The notes under the pieces were generated by a model. The model ran no database searches, was not told where the DNA came from, and saw only the letters and a list, made by a program, of their open reading frames with translations. Shown piece by piece: positions 1 through 10,507 of a DNA stretch of 64,000 nt. Source of the stretch: an uncultured Chloroflexia bacterium (GTDB lineage: Bacteria > Chloroflexota > Limnocylindria > QHBO01); the NCBI GenBank assembly GCA_963814375.1, contig CAWFCQ010000002.1, positions 64,001 to 128,000 of the forward strand, in the 5' to 3' direction. Every line of letters begins with the position of its first letter. The first letter of the stretch is position 1. The position numbers and the translations under genes were made by a program.

Positions 1-123
1 CGTCCGCGCCCGCCCACTCCTTCCGCACGAAGAGGCGACCTGCCCGGATCCCGCCGGCTGAGCATCCTGTCTCCGGCGCGCTGATGGCGCCCGACGCGGT
101 CGCGCCGCGCGGGCGCCCTTCGC

Positions 124-129
124 TACAAT
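124..129 (+). promoter_or_regulatory. -10 element (TACAAT) of the cox operon
   Basis: Near-consensus TACAAT in a GC-rich intergenic stretch about 95 nt upstream of the coxB ATG. Confidence 0.5.
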
Positions 130-223
130 GCGGGGCGTGTCGCCGTCAGCCCACGAGCGTGTGCGTGCCTGACGCCCGTGTCGCCCACCTCCGGTGTTCC
201 GTAGGAGCCTCGAGAACGAGCTG

Positions 224-1267
224 ATGCCACGAACGGCGCCCGCCAGCCGGCTGCGGTCGATCCTCAGGATCGGCGCCCCGCTGCTGCTCGTCGTCCTGCT
301 GGCCGGATGCCTCCTGCCACCAGAGCCGAAGACCGAGAGCGGCCAGGACGTCTTTAACCTCTACCTGCTCGTCCTGGGACTCGCCGCCATCGTCTTCGTC
401 GGCGTCGAGGGCTTCATCATCTATGCGGTCATCCGCTATCGGCGCCAGCCCGGCGACGACGTCCTCCCGCCGCAGCTGCACGGCAACAACACGGTCGAGA
501 TCATCTGGACCGCCATCCCGACCGTCATCGTGTTCGTCCTCTTCATCTTCAGCATGATCACCCTCGGCGAGGTCGAGGCCCGCTCGGAAGACCCCGTGAC
601 GATCGAGGTCGAGGGCTTCCAGTGGCAGTGGATCTTCCGCTACGAAGAGGGCGCCGAGGTCATCGGCAACGCGGAGGAGCCGGCGGTCATGGCCGTGCCG
701 GTGGGCGAGCCGGTTCGGCTCGTGCTCGCCTCGACCGACGTCAACCACGCCTTCTACGTCCCGCAGTTCCTCATCAAACGCGACGTCATCGATCCCGGCG
801 AGAACGGCCGGCCGAACGAGCTCGAGTTCACCGTCACCGAGGCGGGCACGTACTCCGGGCAGTGCGCCGAGTTCTGCGGGTCGCAGCACGCCGAGATGAC
901 ATTCACGGTCGAGGCCATGCCGCGCGCCGAGTACGACGCCTACATCGCGGCCCTGGCCGCCGGGGAGACCCCTCCGCCGCCGCCGACGGGCGAGTGCGGC
1001 ACGACGATCCAGGTCGCCGCGATCCCGTCCATCCAGTTCGATACCGACTCGATCGAGGCGCCCGCGAACGAGGACTTCTGCATCGAGTTCACGAACAACG
1101 ACAGCGCGGTGCACGATATCGGAATTGAGGAGATCGACTTCAATGGCGACGACGTCCAGCCCGGCGAGTCGATCACGTACGTCATCCCGGCCATGGAGGC
1201 CGGCGACTTCACCTTCTATTGCACGTTGCACCCGACCATGACGGGTGACCTGACCGTGACGGAGTAG
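224..1267 (+). CDS. ctaC: Cytochrome c oxidase subunit II with C-terminal cupredoxin domain
   Basis: Lipobox LLAGC, two TM helices, QWQW, CuA ligands H...[12 protein letters not shown]; extra C-terminal H...CTLHPTM type-1 Cu motif. ATG at 224 preferred over GTG at 194. Confidence 0.95.
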   Translation: MPRTAPASRLRSILRIGAPLLLVVLLAGCLLPPEPKTESGQDVFNLYLLVLGLAAIVFVGVEGFIIYAVIRYRRQPGDDVLPPQLHGNNTVEIIWTAIPTVIVFVLFIFSMITLGEVEARSEDPVTIEVEGFQWQWIFRYEEGAEVIGNAEEPAVMAVPVGEPVRLVLASTDVNHAFYVPQFLIKRDVIDPGENGRPNELEFTVTEAGTYSGQCAEFCGSQHAEMTFTVEAMPRAEYDAYIAALAAGETPPPPPTGECGTTIQVAAIPSIQFDTDSIEAPANEDFCIEFTNNDSAVHDIGIEEIDFNGDDVQPGESITYVIPAMEAGDFTFYCTLHPTMTGDLTVTE

Positions 1268-1277
1268 CGAGAGAGCC

Positions 1278-2966
1278 ATGGCAACCACCACGCTCGAGCC
1301 CCGCGCCGGCGCCTATCGGCGTTCCTGGGTGCTCGACTGGCTGACGACCGTCGACCACAAGAAGATCGGGATCCTGTACATCGTCAACAGCTTCCTCTTC
1401 TTCTTCGCCGCCGGGATTCTCGCGCTGGTCGTCCGCTCCGAGCTGGCCGTGCCGGGCCTCCAGTTCCTGGACCAGGACACGTTCAACCAGGCCTTCACGA
1501 TGCACGGGACGATCATGCTGTTCCTGTTCATCATCCCGGCGCTGTCGGGCTTCGCGAACTACATCGTTCCGCTCCAGCTCGGCGCGCCGGACATGGCCTT
1601 CCCGCGCATCAACGCCCTCAGCTTCTGGCTTCTCCCGCTCGGCGGGCTGCTGATCTTCTCCGGCTATCTCTTCGGCGGTGCCGCCGCCGAGGGCTGGACC
1701 GGCTATGCGCCGCTCACCGACGACCGCTTCGCACCGGGTGTTGGCACCGACCTGTGGATCATCGGCCTGACACTCGTCGGCACGGCCTCGATCCTGGGCG
1801 CCGTCAATTTCATCGCCACCGTATTCAAGATGCGCGCGCCGGGGATGACGCTGTTCCGGATGCCGATCTTCGTCTGGACCGTGCTTGTCACGGCGACGCT
1901 GATCCTGCTCGCCACCCCGGTGCTGACCGCCGGGCTGATCGCGCTGTTCATCGACCGCAACTACGGCGGCTCCTTCTTCGACCCGAGCGTCGGCGGCAAC
2001 CCGATCCTGTGGCAGCACATCTTCTGGTTCTTCGGCCACCCCGAGGTGTACATCGTCATCCTGCCGGCGATGGGGGTGGTCAGCGAGGTGCTGCCGGTCT
2101 TCAGCCGCAAGCCGCTGTTCGGCTACCGCGCGTTCGTGTTCGCCACCATCGCCATCGGCCTGCTCAGCTTCAGCGTCTGGGCGCACCACATGTTCACGAC
2201 CGGCGCGGTCTTCCTGCCGTTCTTCAGCTTCATGACCGCCCTCATCGCGATCCCGACCGGGATCAAGATGTTCAACTGGCTCGGCACCCTGTGGCGCGGG
2301 AAGCTGATGCTGACGACCGCGATGCTCTTCGCGCTCGGGTTCATCAGCATGTTCCTGATCGGTGGCATCAGCGGCGTCATGCTCGCCTCGCCCCCGATCG
2401 ACTTCCACGTCCAGGACACGTACTTCGTGGTCGCCCACCTGCACTACGTCTTCTTCGGCGGGTCGGTATTCGGCGTCTTCGCCGCGACCTACTACTGGTT
2501 CCCGAAGATGAGCGGGCGTCGCCTGAACGAGCCGCTCGGCAAGGTCCACTTCTGGATCCACTTCATCGGCTTCAACCTCGCGTTCTTCCCGATGCACCAG
2601 CTCGGCCTCTCGGGCATGCCGCGACGCATCAGCGACTACAGCCCCGACGCCGGGTGGACGATCCTGAACTTCGCCTCGACGATCGGCGCCTTCATGATCG
2701 CGATCAGCATCCTGCCCTTCCTGGTCAACGTCGTCGCCTCGCTGATCAACGGCGAGCCGGCGGGTGACGACCCGTGGGAGGGCAACACGCTGGAGTGGGC
2801 GACGACCTCGCCGCCGCCGCCCTACAACTTCGACAAGCTCCCGCCGATCCACTCCGAGCGCCCGCTCTTCTTCCTGACCCACGGCCACGGGCATGCCGCC
2901 GAGCGGCCGGACGACCTCGAGGAGTCGCCCGAGGACGACGTGGAGCGCCGGGGAGGTGTCGTGTGA
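1278..2966 (+). CDS. ctaD: Cytochrome c oxidase subunit I (type A1)
   Basis: [31 protein letters not shown] motifs. Confidence 0.98.
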   Translation: MATTTLEPRAGAYRRSWVLDWLTTVDHKKIGILYIVNSFLFFFAAGILALVVRSELAVPGLQFLDQDTFNQAFTMHGTIMLFLFIIPALSGFANYIVPLQLGAPDMAFPRINALSFWLLPLGGLLIFSGYLFGGAAAEGWTGYAPLTDDRFAPGVGTDLWIIGLTLVGTASILGAVNFIATVFKMRAPGMTLFRMPIFVWTVLVTATLILLATPVLTAGLIALFIDRNYGGSFFDPSVGGNPILWQHIFWFFGHPEVYIVILPAMGVVSEVLPVFSRKPLFGYRAFVFATIAIGLLSFSVWAHHMFTTGAVFLPFFSFMTALIAIPTGIKMFNWLGTLWRGKLMLTTAMLFALGFISMFLIGGISGVMLASPPIDFHVQDTYFVVAHLHYVFFGGSVFGVFAATYYWFPKMSGRRLNEPLGKVHFWIHFIGFNLAFFPMHQLGLSGMPRRISDYSPDAGWTILNFASTIGAFMIAISILPFLVNVVASLINGEPAGDDPWEGNTLEWATTSPPPPYNFDKLPPIHSERPLFFLTHGHGHAAERPDDLEESPEDDVERRGGVV

Positions 2967-3583
2967 CGGCCGAGACGATGAGGGCGGAGTCAGCGGGCAC
3001 GGAGCGTCACGAGCCGATCGTGACCCACGCGACCGGCATGCCGACCGCGCTGGTCGGGATGCTCCTCTTCATCGCGTCCGAGGTGATGTTCTTCGGCGGC
3101 CTCTTCGCCACCTATTTCAACGCGCGGGCCAGCGTGGCGCCGGAGCCGTGGGAGCCGCCGCCCGGCGGCGAGCTGGACCTGCCGCTCGCGGCAGTTCTCA
3201 CCGCGGTCCTGATCGCGTCCAGCTTCACGATGCAGTTCGGAGTCTGGGCGGTCCGTCGCGGCGACACGGGCAAGCTCAAGATGTGGACCGGGATCACGCT
3301 GGCGCTCGGCATCCTCTTCCTCGCTGGCCAGCTGTACGACTACAGCCAGCTCGGCTTCGGGATCAGCGACGGCGTCTTCGGGACGGTCTTCTACACCCTC
3401 ACCGGGTTCCACGGCGCGCACGTCTTCGGGGGAGCCGTCGGGCTGACGATCGTTCTCGCCAGGGCCCTGAGCGGCCAGTTCAGCGCGCGCAACCACGTCG
3501 CCGTCGAGGCAGTGAGCATGTACTGGCACTTCGTGGATGTCGTGTGGATCTTCGTCTTCTCGACGATCTACCTGCTGCGCTAG
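2963..3583 (+). CDS. ctaE: Cytochrome c oxidase subunit III (short form)
   Basis: [26 protein letters not shown]; GTG start overlaps ctaD stop (GTGA). Confidence 0.95.
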   Translation: MTAETMRAESAGTERHEPIVTHATGMPTALVGMLLFIASEVMFFGGLFATYFNARASVAPEPWEPPPGGELDLPLAAVLTAVLIASSFTMQFGVWAVRRGDTGKLKMWTGITLALGILFLAGQLYDYSQLGFGISDGVFGTVFYTLTGFHGAHVFGGAVGLTIVLARALSGQFSARNHVAVEAVSMYWHFVDVVWIFVFSTIYLLR

Positions 3584-3595
3584 GGAAGGGGCAAC

Positions 3596-3943
3596 ATGTC
3601 GGACACGGCCGTGGGGTTCCTGCTCGTCGGCAGCGCCATGCTCGTCGTGCTCGGCATGGTTTTCGCCATCTCGTCGCGCTCGGGGCGCACGGGCGCGCGG
3701 CCGAAGCCACCGCGCGGTGTGCACCTCCCGCCGCCCAGCTTCCTGCCGGCGATCCTCTCGCTCGGTGCGGCGCTCATCGGCGCCGGCCTCGCCTTCCGCG
3801 GCGACGATCAGCTGGCAAACCCGTTTCTCGCCATCCCGGGACTGATCATCATGGTCCTCGGCTGCGTGTGGTGGGTTCGGGCCGCGGACCACGAGTGGCG
3901 CGAGACCGAGCATGGCTCACACGACGACGGCGCCGGTCACTGA
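3596..3943 (+). CDS. Probable cytochrome c oxidase subunit 4 (CtaF-like membrane protein)
   Basis: Three TM helices, HLPPPS motif, directly after ctaE. Confidence 0.65.
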   Translation: MSDTAVGFLLVGSAMLVVLGMVFAISSRSGRTGARPKPPRGVHLPPPSFLPAILSLGAALIGAGLAFRGDDQLANPFLAIPGLIIMVLGCVWWVRAADHEWRETEHGSHDDGAGH

Positions 3944-4493
3944 TCGTCCGGCGACCACGCCGGACTTCCAGCGCCTCCCGCGCCATTACCTCGTGATCGC
4001 CGCGATCCTCCCGATCGTGCTGCTCACGGTGCTCGGCGCGGTGCTGCTCCTCCGCTCACCGGCGCCGCTTGCGACGATCGGGAGCGACGCGCCGGACATC
4101 ACCCTGGCGGACCTGGACGGCAACCCGGTGCGGCTCGCCGATCTGCGTGGGCGCCCGGTGATCGTCAACTTCTGGGCCAGCTGGTGCGGGCCGTGCGTCG
4201 AGGAGTTCCCGCTGCTGCGCGATGCCGCGGAACGGCATGCCGGCGACCTGGCGGTGATCGGGGTCGTCTACCAGGATCGCTCGGAGGCGGCACGCGCCTT
4301 CATGGAGCGCAACGACGCGGCGTGGACCGCCGCGATGGATCCGGGTGATCGCACCGCGACCGCGTATGGCATCGTTGGCGTGCCGGAGACCTTCTTCATC
4401 GGGCGGGACGGTACGATCGTGGCTCGCCAGATCGGGCAGCTCTCGGCGGCCTCCTTCGAGGAGAAGCTGGCCACGATCACCGAGGAGGAGTGA
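3912..4493 (+). CDS. TlpA/ResA-family membrane-anchored thiol-disulfide oxidoreductase
   Basis: N-terminal [21 protein letters not shown]; start uncertain. Confidence 0.9.
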   Translation: MAHTTTAPVTDRPATTPDFQRLPRHYLVIAAILPIVLLTVLGAVLLLRSPAPLATIGSDAPDITLADLDGNPVRLADLRGRPVIVNFWASWCGPCVEEFPLLRDAAERHAGDLAVIGVVYQDRSEAARAFMERNDAAWTAAMDPGDRTATAYGIVGVPETFFIGRDGTIVARQIGQLSAASFEEKLATITEEE

Positions 4494-4672
4494 GCATGGA
4501 GCCGAACCTTCCCGCCACGACAACCGAGACCGGCCTGGTCGAGGCCGAGGAGCCGGCGGCCCCGCTCCCTCCGCGTCAGCCGCTCAGCGTCGCCTTCCTG
4601 CCGCTGGCGCTCGTCGCCTTCGTCATCGTCGCGTTCGCGATCGCCGCCTGGACGTTCCTCGCCGCGGCCTGA
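4490..4672 (+). CDS. Small single-TM membrane protein
   Basis: Overlaps upstream stop after GAGGAG RBS; C-terminal hydrophobic helix. Confidence 0.5.
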   Translation: MSMEPNLPATTTETGLVEAEEPAAPLPPRQPLSVAFLPLALVAFVIVAFAIAAWTFLAAA

Positions 4673-4682
4673 CCTGGCCGGA

Positions 4683-5111
4683 TCAGGCCGGGGAGGCCGG
4701 CCGCGCGCCTCGCAGGGTGTCCCGGGCTGCCTGGGCAACGCGTGCGGGCGATCCGTAGACGCGAACGAGGTCGCCGACGACGAGGGCGATCAGCGCAACC
4801 TCGATGGCCTTCGCCACCCAGCCGAGGCTGAAGTACGGGCCCATCACGAGATAGGCGAGGATGGTGGTGGCCGCGTAGCCGGCAAGCCCGAGCCGCGGCA
4901 GCCAGCCGAAGCGATGGACGACCGGATGCGGGACGAGGCACACCGCGTAGGCGGCGGCGAGGGCTGCGTAGCCGGCGGCGTTGAGCGTGAAGAGGGGACC
5001 GCCGAGGCTGAGATGGATGTACGCCGTCGTCAGCGCGAGGTCGACGATGGCGACGGTCAGTGCGATCCCCACGAACGTCGCGCCGCGGGTTACTGGTGTC
5101 GTGCTGGGCAC
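4683..5111 (-). CDS. Hypothetical four-TM membrane protein
   Basis: Hydrophobic ORF, GGAGG RBS, upstream TATACT -10 (5151-5156). Confidence 0.7.
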   Translation of the reverse strand: MPSTTPVTRGATFVGIALTVAIVDLALTTAYIHLSLGGPLFTLNAAGYAALAAAYAVCLVPHPVVHRFGWLPRLGLAGYAATTILAYLVMGPYFSLGWVAKAIEVALIALVVGDLVRVYGSPARVAQAARDTLRGARPASPA

Positions 5112-5179
5112 GTGGTGCCTCCGCTCATAACGTGCTACCTATGTGGAGCAAGTATAGGGCGGGATCGAGAGCCGCGCAA

Positions 5180-5193
5180 GGGGCAGATGTCCC
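5180..5193. promoter_or_regulatory. DosR-box-like site GGGGC-AGAT-GTCCC
   Basis: One mismatch to GGGAC-N4-GTCCC, about 24 bp upstream of the -10 of gene 4683-5111. Confidence 0.5.
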
Positions 5194-6422
5194 TAGGAGG
5201 CGCGGCCCGGCGCGGGATATCTGCGGTCGACGTACGCGTCGAGGATGGCGAGGAAGCGCGGGACGATGTCGTCGCCGCGCAGGGTTTCGGTCTTGGCCCC
5301 GTCGACGAACACCGGCGCGACCGGCTCCTCGAAGGTTCCCGGCAGCGAGATCCCGATGTCGGCGTGCTTCGACTCGCCGGGCCCGTTGACGACGCAGCCC
5401 ATGACCGCGACGCGCATCTCCTCGACGCCCGGATGCGTCTCGCGCCAGCCAGGCATCTGCTCGACGAGGTAGGCCTGGATGTCCCGCGCCATCTCCTGGA
5501 AGAAGGTCGAGGTCGTGCGACCGCAGCCGGGGCAGGCCGAAACCTGGGGCAGGAACGAGCGCATGCCCATCGACTGGAGGACCTGCTGCGCCACCTGGAC
5601 TTCCTGGGTCCGGTCGCCACCCGGCTCCGGCGTCAGCGAGACGCGGATGGTGTCGCCGATGCCGCGCTGGAGGAGGATCGCGAGCCCGGCGGTGGAGGTG
5701 ATGATGCCCTTCGATCCCATGCCCGCCTCGGTCAGGCCGAGGTGAAGCGGATAGTCACACCGGTCCGCCAGGCGGTCGTAGACCTCGACGAGATCCTGGA
5801 CGCCGGAGACCTTGGCGGAGAGGATGATCCGATCGTGGCCAAGCCCGGTCTCCTCGGCCAGGCGCGCCGAGCGCAGGGCGGACTCGATCATGGCCTCGAT
5901 CATCACCTCGCGGCTGTCGCGCGGATCGGGCAAGGCGGCATTGGCGTCCATCATCTCGGTCAGCAGCTGCTGGTCGAGGGAGCCCCAGTTCACGCCGATG
6001 CGAACGGGCTTGTCGTTGGAGATGGCGACGTCGATGATCTGGACGAACTGCTCGTCGCGACGCTTCGTCCCGACGTTGCCAGGGTTGATGCGGTACTTCG
6101 CCAGCGCAGCGGCGGCGGCCGGGTACCGCGTGAGGAGCAGATGCCCGTTGTAGTGGAAGTCCCCGATCAGCGGAACGCCGACGCCGAGCGCGTCGAGCTT
6201 GGCGCGGATGACCGGGACGGCCTCGGCCGCCGCGTCGTTGTTGACGGTGATGCGGACGAGCTCCGAGCCGGCGTGCGCGAGCTGAGCGACCTGGATTGCG
6301 GTGGCGTCGGCATCGGCGGTGTCGGTGTTCGTCATCGACTGGACGACGACCGGATGGTCCGAGCCGACCGGGACCCCGCCGACCTCGACGGTCACGGTGC
6401 GGCGTCGGGCCTGGGTGCTCAT
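5193..6422 (-). CDS. ispG: (E)-4-hydroxy-3-methylbut-2-enyl-diphosphate synthase
   Basis: [40 protein letters not shown]; start set at MSTQ (TACCAT 7 nt upstream). Confidence 0.97.
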   Translation of the reverse strand: MSTQARRRTVTVEVGGVPVGSDHPVVVQSMTNTDTADADATAIQVAQLAHAGSELVRITVNNDAAAEAVPVIRAKLDALGVGVPLIGDFHYNGHLLLTRYPAAAAALAKYRINPGNVGTKRRDEQFVQIIDVAISNDKPVRIGVNWGSLDQQLLTEMMDANAALPDPRDSREVMIEAMIESALRSARLAEETGLGHDRIILSAKVSGVQDLVEVYDRLADRCDYPLHLGLTEAGMGSKGIITSTAGLAILLQRGIGDTIRVSLTPEPGGDRTQEVQVAQQVLQSMGMRSFLPQVSACPGCGRTTSTFFQEMARDIQAYLVEQMPGWRETHPGVEEMRVAVMGCVVNGPGESKHADIGISLPGTFEEPVAPVFVDGAKTETLRGDDIVPRFLAILDAYVDRRYPAPGRAS

Positions 6423-6481
6423 GGCAGCCATGGTAGAACCTGGCTTCGGCTGCGGCATGGGGCCTGCAGGCGGCGCGACGC

Positions 6482-6901
6482 ATGACCGGTGGCGCCACGA
6501 GCGACCGGGGAGGGCGCTGGGCGCTCTGGGTCGTCGAGGACGAGCCGGCATCCGCGCGACTGGTCGCCGAGCTGTGCCTGGCGGCCGGCGGTGACGCATC
6601 GGTCTTTCCGGCACCGACGCCGTTCCTGGCAGCCCTGCGCGACGGGTCGCCACCGCGGGCGGTGGTGCTCGACTGGCGGCTCGGCCACGAGGTCAGCGCC
6701 GCGCTCTTCCTCGCCACCCGGCACCGCCATCCCGGGCTGCCGGTCATCTACTGGACCGCCACCGATGCGCGCAACCTGCCGGCCATGATCCGGGAGGATG
6801 GCTTCACGATCATCGTCGACAAGGCGGGTGGGGCAGCCTCGCTGGAACGAGCACTGGCGTGGGCGGTCACCGAGCGCCGTGTCGACTGGGCGTCGGACTA
6901 G
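6482..6901 (+). CDS. Stand-alone response-regulator receiver domain
   Basis: VVEDE, VLDW (phospho-Asp), YWTA, VDK motifs. Confidence 0.7.
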   Translation: MTGGATSDRGGRWALWVVEDEPASARLVAELCLAAGGDASVFPAPTPFLAALRDGSPPRAVVLDWRLGHEVSAALFLATRHRHPGLPVIYWTATDARNLPAMIREDGFTIIVDKAGGAASLERALAWAVTERRVDWASD

Positions 6902-8130
6902 GCGCGGCCGATGACGAGGGCGGCATTCATGCCGCCGAACCCGAAGGAGTTGGAGACCGCGGCCTCGACGGGGGTGGCCCGTGCCTCCATCAGGAGCTCG
7001 AGGTCGATCTCCGGATCGGGGTCGCGCAGGTTGCAGGTGCCCGGCAGCACGCCACGTTCGAGGGCGAGTGCCGTGATCGCGGCCTCGACGGCGCCGGATG
7101 CTCCGAGAGCGTGGCCGTAGAGGCCCTTCGTGCTCGAGACGGGAATCTCATCGGTGCGGGCGCCGAAGGCGAGGCGGATGGCACGAGCCTCGGCCGGCTC
7201 GTTGAGCTGGGTGCTCGAGCCGTGAGCATTGACATAGCCGATGCGCTCCGGCGCGACCTCGCCGTCGGCGAGCGCCGTGGTGATCGCGCGCGCGGCATCC
7301 CGCCCGTCGGGCCGCGGCGCGGTCATGTGGTAGGCGTCGTTGCTCGAGCCGAAGCCGAGGATCTCGGCAATCACGCGCGCGCCGCGGGCCCGAGCCGACG
7401 AAAGATCCTCGAGGACGAGGATCGCCGCCGCCTCGCCCATCACGAACCCGTCGCGCTCACGATCGAACGGCCGTGAGGCCGTGGCGGGATCGTCATTGCG
7501 CGCAGAGAGGACCCGGATGAGGGCGAAGGCGCCGAAGGTCAGCGGAGCCAGCGGCGCCTCGGCGCCACCGGCGAGGGCGACGTCGACGGTCCCGTCGCGG
7601 ATCGCCCCGAAAGCCTGGCCGATCGCCATCGCGCCAGACGCGCAGGAGTTGGCGTTTCCGACCGCCGGTCCGGTCAGCCCGAGGTCGAGCGCCACGTTGC
7701 TCGCCCCGGCGCCGCCGAAGACCGCCAGGGCGAGCGTCGGCGAGACGCCACGCGCGCCGCGCGCCACGAAGCCGGCGTGCTGCTCCTCGCCGTAGGCGAC
7801 GCCCCCCAGCGCCGACCCGACCCAGACGCCGGTGCGAGCCGCCGCCCCGTCGTTGAGCTTGAGGCCGGCGTCCTCGACCGCCTGGCGGGCGGTGGCGACG
7901 GAAAGAGCACTGAATCGGTCGAGGCGCCGTGCCCGGCGCACGTCGAGATGCGCCGCGGGATCGAAATCGTCGATCTGGGCTGCGATCCGCGACGGGAAGG
8001 CGGAAGCGTCGAACCGATCGATCGGCCGTACCGCCGATTTGTCGGCGAGGACGCCGGCCCACAGTCCCTCGGCGCCGGACCCGATCGGGGTGATGGCACC
8101 GATGCCCGTGATCGCGACGCGGCGGCTCAC
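6898..8130 (-). CDS. Beta-ketoacyl synthase II (FabF-like ketosynthase)
   Basis: RRVAITGIG start, NSCASG (Cys), NAHGSST and GHALGASG (His-His), NSFGFGG; GTG at 8130 coupled to upstream stop. Confidence 0.93.
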   Translation of the reverse strand: MSRRVAITGIGAITPIGSGAEGLWAGVLADKSAVRPIDRFDASAFPSRIAAQIDDFDPAAHLDVRRARRLDRFSALSVATARQAVEDAGLKLNDGAAARTGVWVGSALGGVAYGEEQHAGFVARGARGVSPTLALAVFGGAGASNVALDLGLTGPAVGNANSCASGAMAIGQAFGAIRDGTVDVALAGGAEAPLAPLTFGAFALIRVLSARNDDPATASRPFDRERDGFVMGEAAAILVLEDLSSARARGARVIAEILGFGSSNDAYHMTAPRPDGRDAARAITTALADGEVAPERIGYVNAHGSSTQLNEPAEARAIRLAFGARTDEIPVSSTKGLYGHALGASGAVEAAITALALERGVLPGTCNLRDPDPEIDLELLMEARATPVEAAVSNSFGFGGMNAALVIGRA

Positions 8131-8570
8131 CCGCCCGCCTCCGCCAGCTCCCGCACCCGTCGCAGGGTGCGTCGAGCGATGGCCTCGATGAACTGCGGCC
8201 CGACAACCCGCTCCGCCGCGAAGGTGCCGATGATCGGCCAGTCCAGCTCGAGCCGATGCTCGATGCTTACGTCGACGCTGTCGGCCTGCTCCTCGAAGTG
8301 CCAAGCCACCCACATGCCGCGCGTCACGCCGCCCACGTGGACGAACTCGATGCGACGCTCCTCGCGCAACGGGCGCTGGAGCGCCTCCCAGCGCACCGGC
8401 AGCGGGCCGCGCCGGGCGCCCATCGCGAAGCGGCGCCAGCCGGCAGGGGCAGGGAGGGGCCGCACGTAGCGGTAGTGCGGGAGGATGGCCGGCCAGCGCT
8501 CGACGTCGGCGGCGAGATCGAAGATGCGATCGAACGGCGCCCGCATCGGCTCGTGCATCTCGCTTCTCAC
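8127..8570 (-). CDS. SRPBCC/START-fold polyketide cyclase/aromatase-like protein
   Basis: IFDLAADVERWPAILPHY...GMWVAWHF pattern; 3' part of ORF 8127-9614, GTG overlapping upstream stop. Confidence 0.85.
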   Translation of the reverse strand: MRSEMHEPMRAPFDRIFDLAADVERWPAILPHYRYVRPLPAPAGWRRFAMGARRGPLPVRWEALQRPLREERRIEFVHVGGVTRGMWVAWHFEEQADSVDVSIEHRLELDWPIIGTFAAERVVGPQFIEAIARRTLRRVRELAEAGG

Positions 8571-9739
8571 GGCGACAGCACGTCGAACAGGGCCGATGGG
8601 GCCAGGGCATCGGTTGCCGGCCGGCAGTCGCCGAGCGCGGACCCGAGCCGCAGGGCCGCGGCAGGGCGGTCGGACAGGCGCTCGACGACGTGCTCGAGGA
8701 GCACCGGGACCGCGAGGAAGCCCTGCACCAGCCAGCTCAGCGTTGCCTTGGCGGCGAAGGCGCTCCGTCGCTCGCGCCGGTAGCGCCGGGCCGCGTCGCC
8801 GCCGGGCCGAATGGCGTCGACGGCCGCTCGCGCCGAGCGCAGGGCGCGATGGATCCCCTCGCCCGTGAACGGGTCGACGAACCCGGCGGCGTCGCCGATC
8901 AGGAGCCAGCCCGGGCCGGCCGCATCGCTGACCCGGTGGCCGATCGGCGCCGCCCCGCGGATCGGTGTGAGGCGCTCCGCTCCAGCGAGCCGGCGTGCGA
9001 CGGCCGGAAGTCCCTCGATAGCGGCCCCGAACCGCGCGCGCGCTGTGCCGGCGCCGTCCATCGGGAGCGCCATCCCGACGTTCAGCTCGCCGCCCGGTGT
9101 CGGGGCCAGGCCGACGTAGTAGCCCGGCCCGACGTGCATCTCGCCGTGATCGGTCAATGCGTCGAGCCCGGACACGTGAGCGACGAGGCCGAGCCTGCGC
9201 GGGAAGCGCACCGGGCGCTCGACGCCGGCGAGCCGCGCGATCGTGGATCGCGCCCCATCGGCGCCGATGACGACGTCGGCGCGGACGACCTCTTCCGTGC
9301 CGCGCTCGCGGTCGCGGATCCTGACGCCGTCCACCCGGCCCCGATCCTCGACAAGGGCGACCGCGCGCGCCCCCTCGCGCAGCTCGGCGCCGCACGCCGC
9401 CGCGTGGGACGCCAGCATCGCGTCGAAGGTCCGGCGGTCCACGCCCCACGCGGATCTCGGTCCACGACCATCGGCGTAGCCGATCCTTACGGCGTGCGAG
9501 CCGGCATGCAGCTCCATTCCGGTCAGCGGCACCGCATCGCCGCGCCATGAGGCGGGCGGCAGCCCGATGCGGATGAGCTCCTCCACGATCCGCGGGCTGG
9601 CGTACTCGGCGCAAGCCTTCGGCCGTGGGTGATGCGCGGCCTCGAGGAGGAGGACGCGCGCGCCATCGCGCGCCAGCGCCGCCGCGGCAGCCGCTCCCGC
9701 GGGTCCGGCCCCGACGACGACGGCATCGAGCCGGCTCAT
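8567..9739 (-). CDS. NAD(P)/FAD-dependent oxidoreductase (geranylgeranyl-reductase/MenJ-like family)
   Basis: VVVGAGPAG, PRPKAC, IGADG, LIGDAAGFVDPFTGEGI. Confidence 0.9.
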   Translation of the reverse strand: MSRLDAVVVGAGPAGAAAAAALARDGARVLLLEAAHHPRPKACAEYASPRIVEELIRIGLPPASWRGDAVPLTGMELHAGSHAVRIGYADGRGPRSAWGVDRRTFDAMLASHAAACGAELREGARAVALVEDRGRVDGVRIRDRERGTEEVVRADVVIGADGARSTIARLAGVERPVRFPRRLGLVAHVSGLDALTDHGEMHVGPGYYVGLAPTPGGELNVGMALPMDGAGTARARFGAAIEGLPAVARRLAGAERLTPIRGAAPIGHRVSDAAGPGWLLIGDAAGFVDPFTGEGIHRALRSARAAVDAIRPGGDAARRYRRERRSAFAAKATLSWLVQGFLAVPVLLEHVVERLSDRPAAALRLGSALGDCRPATDALAPSALFDVLSP

Positions 9740-10440
9740 GGCGCCGATGCCGCCGTCACCACGCGCGGCAGCCACCGGGCAGACTGCCAGCGCCGCGTCA
9801 GGCCGGCGGCGGAGACGAGCTCGTCGAGCTCGTCGAGCGAGTAGGCCCGGCGCGCGGAGATCATGCCGTCGGTGCGCGTGACCCGGCTTCTGCCGAAGGC
9901 CGTGACCGTGACCGCCGTCGCGACGAGCGGAAAGAATCCGCGACGGAGATCGTTGATGACGACCCCGTGCCGCGCGACTCGAGCCATCTCGCGCAGTGCA
10001 TCGACGACGTCGGACGGGTCGAGATGGTGGACCAGGAGCGAGGAGTGCGCCACGTCGAAGGCACCATCGTCGAAGGGCAGCGCCCGGACATCGGCCTCCA
10101 TCACCTCGACCAGGGACGTTCGGGCGGTGGCGCGGCGCGCGACGGCGAGCACCTGGTGATTCGTATCGACGGCGACGGTCGACCAGCCACGCCGCGCGAA
10201 GGCGATCGGCACATCGGCCCTGCCGGTTCCGACGTCGAGCACGCGCGTCCCCGCCCCGCTGCCCGAGAGGTGCTCGATGGCGGCGATGCTGGTTGCGGCG
10301 CCGCCCGGCAGCCGGTTCATGCGCGCCAGGTCGGCAAGGTTGGCCTCGACCTCGGTTGGCGAGAGGACGCCGGCTTCCAGCAGCTCGACCTCATCCGCCC
10401 TCGCGCCGACCGCGAGCCGGCGGCGCATGCTGCTCAGCAT
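9736..10440 (-). CDS. Class I SAM-dependent methyltransferase
   Basis: VLDVGTG, LPFDDGAFDV, VINDLRR; start 10440 or 10428. Confidence 0.88.
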   Translation of the reverse strand: MLSSMRRRLAVGARADEVELLEAGVLSPTEVEANLADLARMNRLPGGAATSIAAIEHLSGSGAGTRVLDVGTGRADVPIAFARRGWSTVAVDTNHQVLAVARRATARTSLVEVMEADVRALPFDDGAFDVAHSSLLVHHLDPSDVVDALREMARVARHGVVINDLRRGFFPLVATAVTVTAFGRSRVTRTDGMISARRAYSLDELDELVSAAGLTRRWQSARWLPRVVTAASAP

Positions 10441-10507
10441 CTGACCGTCACGCGCTCGATGATAGGGGTCGGCCGAGGCCGACGCTCTTGGGTACACTTG
10501 GCCGACG

